Shown: positions 53,895 through 64,000 of the stretch, piece by piece
Numbering within the stretch: the first letter of the stretch is position 1
How the letters are laid out: every line of letters begins with the position of its first letter
NCBI GenBank assembly: GCA_951406725.2
Contig: OX597815.1
Coordinates: 67,518,001 to 67,582,000 of the forward strand
Length of the DNA stretch: 64,000 nucleotides
Direction of reading: 5' to 3'
From: Octopus vulgaris
Lineage: Eukaryota
Made by a program: the position numbers and the translations under genes
Notes under the pieces: generated by a model
What the model saw: only the letters and a program-made list of their open reading frames with translations
The model's database searches: none
Told to the model about the DNA's origin: nothing

Positions 53895-54110
53895 GGTAGC
53901 GAGCTGGCACAATCGTTAGCACGCCGGGCAATATGCTAAGTAGCATTTTGTCCGTCTTTATGTTCTGAGTTCAAATTCCGCCGAGGTTGACTTGGCCTTT
54001 TATCCTTTCGGGGTCCGATAAATTAAGTGCCAGTCATGTACTGGGGTAGATTTGATCGATTGTCCCCGTCCCCACAAAAATCCAGGCCTTCCGCCCATAG
54101 TAGAAAAGAT
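53895..54110 (+). mobile_element. SINE family A followed by (TTC)n/(TTA)n; a second truncated head at ~54345-54425
   Basis: GGTAGCGAGCTGGCACAATCGTTAGCACGCCGGGC...GAGTTCAAATTCCGCCGAGG. Confidence 0.85.
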
Positions 54111-54160
54111 TTCTTCTTCTTCTTCTTCTTCTTCTTCTTCTTCTTCTTCTTCTTCTTCTT

Positions 54161-54237
<77 letters not shown>

Positions 54238-54263
54238 CATCATCATCATCATCATCATCGTCA

Positions 54264-54299
<36 letters not shown>

Positions 54300-55499
54300 G
54301 TATTAGTATTATTGTTGTTGTTGTTGTTGTTGTTGTTATTAAAGTAACCAGCCGGCAGAATCATTAGCATGCCGGGCAGTGATTAAGCGTTTCGTTCGTC
54401 AAACGTTCTGAGTTCAAATTTCACCAACCCTTAAAGAAAGCCTCTTGACCTTAAAAGAGCTCAAACACTGAAAGAATTGAAGGATTTTCACACAACAAGG
54501 ATCAATCAGTTCTCAGTGAAACTCAAGCTTTTGACTATACACAGACGTAATAAAAGCAGGATGAGACACAGCTTCTGTCAAATACCTGATATTAATCGCC
54601 AAAGACCACTTTAAGGACTCACTAAAACCACACGGAACAATGTTGATATTCTCTTAGAGCGACTTTTCTATCTCATGCTATACCATTTTCTTTTTACTCC
54701 TTTTTGCTCCGGGTGTCCAAGCTCCCAAAGTTCGCTTCAAGTGCAATCTATAGTCAGCTTTTTACCTTATCTTCAATATGCTTTTTCAATTGCATTTTCT
54801 GCGGTACTATAGTAACTGTGAGGAAAAATCAGCATAAAGCTTCATATAAGTATCTTTTGAAGAAGCCTGTAAGAACCCTAGAAACACCTTGCAAGCGGTT
54901 CAAACAATTATGACAAAAATAATGTTTGACTCGAGTCGACTAAAGTTAAACCCAGCCGAACATTATGGTGGAAATTATTTCATTTCATAAACAGATGTTC
55001 AATATGATTTTGAGACATATAACACACTTGAAAAACTAAATTTTAGTAAGATTCATAAACATTACATTTAGCTATAAATTAAGAATTTCTTCTTTCTAAA
55101 GAACAGTACTGTTATAACTACCATACATATTAGAATAAAATGTATCTGCATCTTCTTCGATGAAATTATTCTCGTCGTTCTCCCGTGAGAATCTGATGAA
55201 TGAGTTATGTTTAACAAAATTAAAATACATTTACCACTGCTATTCGTGCTATTTGTATGAGGTAAATTTTTCATACTGAATAAAGATGGCGCCTAAAACA
55301 CCCGAATTAAAGATTACAATTTGTCCCAACGCTTGTATCCGACATTTTCTGTTGATATTTCTAATGTTTATTTCATTTCTTTATTTTGGACTTTAAGAAT
55401 GAACAGTTAGTTATTTAGACACTGTAAAGTTCACTTCATAATCAGCAATAATTTCTATATTATAATAACCGGTTAAATGTTGGTTGGCTGGTTGGTTGG

Positions 55500-55890
55500 T
55501 TGGTAGAGAACTATGTCGTTCTTAGTACCTAACTGATACTTATTCTACCATCTAAAAACATTGCAAAGCAAAGTCAGCACTTGGAAGATTTGAACTCTGC
55601 ACCTGGGGGCACCCGTCATCTAAATACTATAAAGAATTTAGACTGGTGCTCAAATATTCTGCCATTCAGCTATTTTTTCTCATTAAAAATATATCGATTT
55701 CTAATACATTGTGAGAGTGTGGTGATACAGTCGATTAAATCAACCCACATTCTTAATTCTTTTATTTTATCGATTTTCTTTAGATATAAGATGTAAGTTG
55801 TGTCTGAAGGGATTTTAGCTCAGAACATAAAGAAGCGTAACTAAAAACTGCGTAGCATTTCTTTCTGACGTTCTAACAACTAGGCCTATC
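55500..55890 (-). mobile_element. Two old SINE family A relics
   Basis: AACTGATACTTATTCTA...GATTTGAACTC and GATTTTAGCTCAGAACATAAAG. Confidence 0.5.
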
Positions 55891-56054
55891 TTCTACTCAT
55901 TATTTCGCTCTTTTTCCTCTTTAATTTTAAACCATTCCAGCTATTTCCATTCCAGGCTACTGTAGTTGCTTTTATGTATTACATTTTGTTGGTATTTAAA
56001 TTTAGTGTTGCCAGTGATGTCACAATGGTGAATTTAGAAGTTTTGTTTTCTTTA

Positions 56055-56325
56055 GGCGCCGGCATGGCTGTGTCATTAAGAAGCTCGCTTTCCAACTATG
56101 TGTTCTTTGTATCTATGTAGACTGCCTTCGTGCTTGTGTTGTGTTTGTCCCCTGTCATCGCTTGACAATCCGAGATGATTTGTGTACATATCAAAATTGA
56201 CCCATAGAATAAGTATCGGGTTTAAAAAAAAACATAAATACTGGCAGCGATTTGTTAGACTAGGCCCTTCAAGGAGGTGTCCCAGCATGGCGGCAGTCCA
56301 ATGACTAAAATAAAAGATAAAAGAT
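56055..56325 (+). mobile_element. SINE family B, internally deleted
   Basis: GGCGCCGGCATGGCTGTG head and ATCGCTTGACAA...CCCAGCATGGCGGCAGTCCAATGACT tail. Confidence 0.75.
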
Positions 56326-56626
56326 GAACAATTAGCTTTCTTCTTTCAGGAGAAACCTTCGACGGTGCCGTGTGTCTTCCATACGCTGCTATATTCAATA
56401 ATAACGCCTCAGAGTATATTAGAAAATTGGTGAAGATAAATTTGTGTAATTGGTTGTTAAATACACTGAAGCGTTATTGGTCAATACAATATCTAAATCA
56501 TTAGGTTGGTTTAATTGTTCAAAGTCCAACTAATTTAGACACACAGAATGTGGATCTTTGTCAGATGTTTTATAGCATAAATTGTTCAACTATTATATTT
56601 ATAATTATGATAATAATAATAATTAC

Positions 56627-56689
<63 letters not shown>

Positions 56690-56784
56690 CATTATTATTA
56701 TTTTATTGTCTTTGCACAGCTTCTAACGCTGGAGATGTACTACGGTGTCAGCTGTTCACTACCAGTGAACTAAGGTAACACCCC

Positions 56785-56845
<61 letters not shown>

Positions 56846-56864
56846 CATTATTATTATTATATTG

Positions 56865-57065
56865 GTGGTGAGATGGAAGAATCGTTAGCACACCAGCGGC
56901 ATTTCGTTCGTATTTCCGTTCTGAGTTCAAATTCCGCCAAAGTCAGCTTTGAGTTCCTCCTTTCGCGATCGATGAAAAAGCACCAGTTTTGCGTTGGAGT
57001 CGATATAATTGACTAAACCCTCCCTCAGAATTTCTGGTCTTGTGACTATAGTAGAAAGGATTATC
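56865..57065 (+). mobile_element. SINE family A within (TTA)n
   Basis: GGTGGTGAGATGGAAGAATCGTTAGC...GAGTTCAAATTCCGCC...GTAGAAAGGATT. Confidence 0.8.
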
Positions 57066-57075
57066 ATCACCATTA

Positions 57076-57146
<71 letters not shown>

Positions 57147-57230
57147 ATTATTATTATTATTATTATTATTATTGTTGTTGTTGTTGTTGGTGGTGGTTTT
57201 CTCGTTGTCGTTGTTGATGTTGTTGTTGTT

Positions 57231-57710
57231 GCTGAATGAGAGAGCAGCGCATGTCATAAAAGTGACACTAGGGTACAAATATACAAAACCCAATATACAC
57301 ATCATGTCTACCCGTCTGATAAGGATACACCAGGCACATACATCACAGCCATGAGTGCAAGACATGGTCTTCTCATATCAAGATAAACAACACATGACCC
57401 TTCAGGTGGTACCCAGTTAGAATTTTCTTCGGGTTGAGCAGCCCATCAAGCTCAAAAGGTTCCCGAATAAGGTTTGTTTAAGGATGGTGAATTAAACACC
57501 AATGTTTGTAGACGTGAATTATTCAAACCCCAAATAATTCCTCTCAACACAGGGCTATGATGCTCTCCCACTACTCCTGCTCGTGATCAGAGATGCACAA
57601 ATTACCAGCCACTAAGAGACATGCTCAACTAATTTGCTTGTCAAGCAACTGACAAATGAGTCTGCAGTATTGTTCAAAATATTTGTTGCCGCCCTTCTTT
57701 TATACCAATG
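57231..57710. repeat. Probable unclassified interspersed repeat
   Basis: Complex block starting abruptly after (TTG)n; resembles a common octopus repeat from memory only, with no second copy in this window. Confidence 0.3.
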
Positions 57711-58795
57711 CTGTTGTACTGCTGACAATTATGAGCTGACGTTGCTGCCTAGCACTCGAAGATCTAAGGCCAAATCCCTATATATATCTTCCGACTGATT
57801 GACAAATATTTACTCATTAAGAATCTGCAACAAATGGTTCAAAGATTTCCCTGTCTTCTGTCTAGCATTTCTACTACTACAACAAAGGTCTCCGTTCTTT
57901 GAAGCCAGCAAATTGCATACCCTCTCGCTCAGATCTTTACATCCATCTTAAATTTTTCATTCATCATACACCCATCTGAGTACACTCCAATCCCTACACC
58001 CCAGATCGCATTCCCTCTGGAAACCCAGCCTGCCCACAGTTTTAAAGTAATTATCCAAATAAATGCTAAGATTCATCTGCATCAGTCCTATCAGCCTTCT
58101 ATCACTTTCAAAGATCACGAACGCTGCCGTCCTTCTCTAAATGTCTTTATGTCTTCAGTTTGTCTTCCGGTAAACAATTTCACTGGTTCCCTTGACTTTT
58201 TTTCTCCAATCAGCTATCAAACAATTCTCTTTCAATTAGGCACTGTCAGACAATGGTTATTCTGTCGGTAATTTTGGCGGTTGTTCTTGTTATAACCGTT
58301 GATGGCGGACTAAATTTGGCGTGATTCCTGTTTTAATGCTCTTCTTAATTATGTAAATATGTTTTAAGGGATGTTATGATAGGTCCTGGCCGTACAATTT
58401 AACAAGAAGTAAACATTAAGAATCAACACAAAACGCTTGCGTGCGCGCACACGAACTTGCACACACACACACACAAACACACAAACACACACGCACTCAC
58501 ACACGCACGCACGCGCACGCAAATTCACACAAGTATACACATACACATCTACATTATATCTATACATGAATTCATACATAATTGTTCTATATATATTTCA
58601 CAAACACACACAATCACGCATGTACATATACACATATATACATTTGTGCTGTATTCTAAGATACGTTCAATTAGATACGGAAAGATACCTAGATACTTTA
58701 CACACGCATACACAAAAACACATTACCACAAATACACGCTCATGCACTCGCACATATATAAATACAATTATACAGATATTTATGTACCATACACA

Positions 58796-58843
<48 letters not shown>

Positions 58844-58856
58844 TAGATAGATATAG

Positions 58857-58887
<31 letters not shown>

Positions 58888-58953
58888 TGCATATATATAT
58901 ATATACACATATATATAGAAAGATAGGTATAGATATATATGTATGCATGTATG

Positions 58954-58987
<34 letters not shown>

Positions 58988-58995
58988 TGTATATA

Positions 58996-59029
<34 letters not shown>

Positions 59030-59065
59030 GAAAGATAGATATACATATATATGTATGTATGTATG

Positions 59066-59187
<122 letters not shown>

Positions 59188-60107
59188 CACATACTGTCGC
59201 ACAGAAGTAGTCTCACACATGCGCATATATAAATACCAATATATGTATACATAGATACACACATTTATATATGTGTGTGTGTTTATGTATATATGTATGT
59301 ATATCTATAGGGCTATATAGCAGTATATAATTATATAGATACTTCTATAAATCTGAGTGCGTTTGTGTGTCAGTCTGTCTGTCAGTGTATGTGTTTATGT
59401 GAGCGTGTGCGTGTATGTGTGTCAGCGTATAAGTCTCTATGTGTGTGTGAGTGTATGTATAAATTTGCCGATACATAGTATGATGGATTGTAATGCGGCA
59501 TAATTATACGGTGCCAAACCATTTCCAGATTGAGTAAATAGAGAGAATCTCTTTAAATAAGTTGTGTTGCATCAATCGAATTGCTGGAATGGAAGACAGT
59601 CGGTCATAATAGAGAACACTGCAGAAGTGGGGGAGTGGGAAGGGGGATTGATGATTCTCTCGGATGGAGAGCATGGAGAGTGAATATTTAGATGGATAAT
59701 TCTAATAATTACCAAAATCACCACAACCACCAGTACCATCATTACCACCACCACCAAATCCACCACCATCATCATCATCGTCATCGCCATCGCCATCGTC
59801 TCGTCGTCGTCATCATGATCAACATCATCATAACAAACAAACCTATTCCCCATTTCATCAAAAGGATCCACCCCTAGATCGGTAAACAAAATAATCATGT
59901 AGCCTGTCCCACAGGGGTAGATATGACTTTTAAATCAAATATTTGTAACGCTATCGTCGAATCATTGCTCCTGGATTTTACTTATAAAAATAGTACTCAA
60001 CAGTTACTATTGTATCGTGGTAGAGTCGTGCGTAACCTTTAAAAACCTACATTGAAATAGTCGCTTTTACTGAATTATTAATTTGTAATAATAAGATAAT
60101 AATAAAA

Positions 60108-60290
60108 CCGGTGAGCTGGCAGAATCGTTAGCACGCCGTACAAAATGTTTAGGGGCATTTCGTCCGTCTTTACATCCTCAGTTCAAATTCGAGCTTTCGA
60201 GGTCGATAAAATATGCATCAGTTGAACACTGAATCGACTGAACACCTCACCAAAATTATTGGCATTGTGCAAATATTGAAATCACAATAG
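60108..60290 (+). mobile_element. SINE family A
   Basis: GGTGAGCTGGCAGAATCGTTAGCACGCCG...GAGTTCAAATT. Confidence 0.78.
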
Positions 60291-60311
60291 TAACATAATA
60301 ATAGTAATAAC

Positions 60312-60672
60312 TGGGTCCATACTGGAACACCGCCTTTTAGTCAAAGAAATCGACCGCTGGACTTATTCTTAGCAAGCCTGGTACTTATTCTATCGGTCTC
60401 CTATGTCGAACCGCTTACTTACGGGGGACGTAAACACACCAACAACGGTTGTCAAGCGATGGTGGTGGGGAAAAATACAAACACAAAGACACACACATGA
60501 ATATATACATATATATACGACGGGCTTCTTTCAGCTTCCGTCCACCAAATCCATTCACAAGGTTTTGGTCGGCCCGAGGCCGACATTTAGAAGACATTTG
60601 CCCAAGATGCCATGCAGTGACTCTGAACCGAGAACCATCTAGTTGGGAGACACGTTTCTTACCACACAGCCA
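60312..60672 (-). mobile_element. SINE family B near-full copy
   Basis: Colinear reverse match to 47865-48260. Confidence 0.85.
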
Positions 60673-60918
60673 CGTCTTTCAAGCCTCTGGTCATTCCAGA
60701 AGCATGGTGTGGGGCTCATGTTAGGGGCCTGCAAAGCTTCAAGTAGCACGGAATCGAATGAACTTGTTTGAAATAATACATGTAACTCCTAGTAAATGTG
60801 TTGAGCGCCCTTTCTTGTTTGTCCACTCATTGGTGTGTATATATATATATATATATGGTGTGTGTATGTGTGTATGTATATATATATATGTGTGTGTGTA
60901 TGTATATATATGTTTATA

Positions 60919-60969
<51 letters not shown>

Positions 60970-61457
60970 GTATATATATATGTATACATATGTATATATA
61001 TATATATGTATATATATGTGTGTGTTTATATATATATGTGTATATATATGTATATATATATGTGTGTGTGTAAACGGCGTGTCGGGCAAACCATATGAAA
61101 ATTATGCATTATCTGCATGACATTGTAATTGATTTTATAAATATATGCCTCCTTGATTTGAAACCAGTTTTACAAGTGTGAAAGCACGAAACTCGTGGCC
61201 CATAAGGCACTCTGTAACTTTTTCCGCCAACTAAAAAAGATGTACACACGCACACACACACACACACGCGCGCATTTAATATCAGCAAGGAACATTTACA
61301 TTAAATGTTTCTCGAAAGCATCCAGTGCGATTTATTCGGCTCTCGTTATCGTTCCTTAGCTTGTATAATGTATTTAAAATAGGAAACTCACCGGCGATGT
61401 GACCAAAATTTTAGCCACATATGCTTATGTCATTTATCAAATTCACTCCTGTTTCTG

Positions 61458-61852
61458 AGGATATTGGAATCTATCGAAAAGATGTGGCATCTCAAGACGG
61501 TTACAATACCAGTGATTGTAGGAACATTTGGAATGATCAAAAAAGGAACTGAACATTATTTAAGAATAATCCCTGGCTTACCATCAATGCAAAAGTGCAA
61601 AAGATTGTCTTAAATGATACGCCACACGTACTGATAAGAGCATTGTCGCCGTGAATTTTCTTACCCTTTTTTCCCATTATTTTCTGCTTTTTCTTCATTT
61701 TTCTATGACATTCTCCTTTTTCTCTATCAGATGACTTTGTAAATGAACAATCTGCTGTGTTTATTTTAATGGCCTACCAATGTATACAGTACGTTTCTCT
61801 GCCTTAGGTGTTAGGAAGACACTCGGCAAGAAATGGAAACAGAATTGAAAGA
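61458..61852 (+). mobile_element. Dong-type LINE 3' fragment followed by (TAA)n
   Basis: ATGTGGCATCTCAAG.CGGTTACAATACCAGTGAT... nearly matches 46596-46769; shared 3' UTR GGAAGACACTCGGCAAGAAATGGAA. Confidence 0.9.
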
Positions 61853-61854
61853 TG

Positions 61855-61924
<70 letters not shown>

Positions 61925-61956
61925 CAACAACAACAACAACAAAAATGATAATAATA

Positions 61957-62232
61957 ATCCTTTCTATTAAAGGCACAGGGCCCGAAATTTGGGAGGAGGG
62001 GACTTGTCGATTACATCGACCCCAGTGTTTCACTGGTACTTAATTTATCGAAACCAAAAGGATGAAAGGCAAAGTCAACCTCGGCGTAATTAAAAGTCAG
62101 GACGTAGCGATAGACAAAATACCGCTGAGTATTTCGCCCAGTTCACCGCTTTAACAACAACCATAATAATAATAATAATAATAATAATATTAATAATAAT
62201 AATAATGATAAATAATAAAAATAAAAATAATG

Positions 62233-62331
<99 letters not shown>

Positions 62332-62835
62332 AGTTGTTGAAATTTATTGTTGTACATTAACTACCTAGTCGCTGAAAACGCAACTCACTATGCCAGTTGA
62401 AAGTAGTAGAATGTCAGTAAGAAGGTCAATAATTGTGAAGGGAAGGAAAAGTCGATTACACCGATCCTCGTACTTGAATAATTCCTTACTTTATTGATCC
62501 TGAAGAATGGAAGACAAAGCTGATTTTGGCAGTATTTGAACTCAGAACATGAAGTCAAAAGAAATGCAGCTAAGCGTTTTGTCCGACTTGCTGACGGTTC
62601 TGCTAGCTGCCCACCTTAATAAGCCTTTCTATTACAGGCACAGGGCCTGACATTTTGGAGGAGAGGATAAGGCGGTTACATTGACCTCAGTGCTCAACTG
62701 GTACTTATCTTATCGACCCCGAGAGGACGAAAAGCAGAGTAGACCTCGGTGGAATTTGAGCTCAGAATGTAAAGTGCCGAAAAATACTGTTTAGCACTTT
62801 GCCCGACATGCTAACAGATCCACCAGCGCGCTGTC
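61957..62835 (-). mobile_element. Cluster of three SINE family A copies (~61957-62150, 62440-62617, 62620-62835)
   Basis: Each has GTCGATTACA.CGA...GTACTT...ATCGA...GATGAAAGGCAAAGT-type reverse core. Confidence 0.8.
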
Positions 62836-62894
62836 TTTGTCTCTACAGTAAATAAGGCTGCTAAGAAAGGGAAAGACAAATATATAATAGTTTC

Positions 62895-63105
62895 ACTCTT
62901 ACTCTTTTACTTGTTTCAGTCATTTGACTGCGGCCATGCTGGAGCACCGCCTTTAGTTGAGCAAATCGACCTCAGGACTTATTCTTTGGAAGCCTAGTAC
63001 TTATTCTATTGGTCTCCTTTGCCGAACCTCTAAGTTACGGGGGTGTAAACACACCACCATCGGTTGTCAAGCGATGTTGGGGGGGACAAACACAGACACA
63101 CAAAT
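62895..63105 (-). mobile_element. SINE family B 3' half
   Basis: CTCTTTTACTTGTTTCAGTCATTTGACTGCGGCCATGCTGGAGCACCGCCTTTAG... Confidence 0.9.
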
Positions 63106-63133
63106 ATATACACACATACATATATATATATAC

Positions 63134-63202
<69 letters not shown>

Positions 63203-63210
63203 CATACATA

Positions 63211-63990
63211 CTATCTTAAGGTGACCCGCTCTACGCGCGGGTAAGAGTGTGGTTGTTACTTTCTGTTGCTTCCTTTCTGTTTTTCATCACCACATTCTCC
63301 CTCTTTGTTTCTCTCTCCTTTCTCTCTCACTTTCCCACTCTCTTACTCTTTCTTTCTCTCGGACTCTCCCTCGCTTTCTCTTACTCTGTATCTTTCTCTA
63401 TCTATCTAGGCAGACAGCAAAACACTAACATTTAAAAGGGACAGACGAACTTGCGAGCTGAATAAAAATAAAAAAAATATTGGAAACCAAAGTTTGAAGG
63501 GATAGAATCTGAGGATAGTAGAGTCACCATGGCTGGCATTTCTTAACGACGGACAGCAACGTAGTGGCAGTTTAACGTCTGGCGTAAAATTTTGAACTTG
63601 ATTTAAAAGAAAATTCCTAAACACCAAGTTTTGAAGTGATTCTTTCTCACGACAGTAGACTCACCATGGCAAGCATTCAAAACTTCTTCATCATGGACGG
63701 CAACACATTGAAGATTTAAAGGCTGGCGCAAATTTTTTAGCTTGATGTAACAGAGAATTCCTAAACACCCGCTCCTGTAAATTTTAATCCCCTTCCAGAC
63801 CTATTTAGACCCCTTTTCACATTTTGGTTAATATAACCCGATTTCATTTTACAAGATGAGGAATTTTGTCCTAGAGGTAACGCCTTTCATTGAGGAAAAA
63901 AATATTTGCCATGCAAACTTGCCAGCACTCTTAACATAGGTGTGCATATTTTCAGCTCAACTGACCACATAATGCACACGTTATATATAT
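63211..63990 (-). mobile_element. Possible non-autonomous Helitron with internal ~140-bp tandem duplication
   Basis: Hairpin ACCCGC-7nt-GCGGGT at 63225-63243 near an ATAG(T) end on the - strand; direct repeats at ~63516-63625 and ~63654-63769. Confidence 0.45.
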
Positions 63991-64000
63991 ATATATATAT

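Overview
This is AT-rich, microsatellite-saturated eukaryotic DNA with no prokaryotic features and no confidently identifiable host gene. The SINE families and repeat content look like an octopus/cephalopod genome; that is my recognition, not a database check. Most ORFs in the supplied track are translations of (TA)n, (TAA)n, (TACA)n, (CA)n or (TATC)n tracts. The real content is mobile elements. (1) Many R4/Dong-type non-LTR retrotransposons (RT + CCHC knuckle + restriction-like endonuclease) sit in (TAA)n tracts in a fixed orientation; these include an uninterrupted 809-aa ORF at 44340-46769 and a head-to-tail train of three copies at 48960-53798. (2) A divergent REL element is flanked by (TACA)n instead. 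(3) There are two Penelope-like element remnants with GIY-YIG motifs (one Naiad-like) and several hammerhead ribozyme motifs. (4) The rest comprises Helitrons, Tc1/mariner relics and MITEs, a CR1-type LINE relic and two tRNA-derived SINE families. The most striking structure is a near-perfect palindrome with 335-bp arms (18042-18718) carrying a canonical-core hammerhead ribozyme on each strand. All alignments and pairings were done by eye, and boundaries of decayed elements are approximate.
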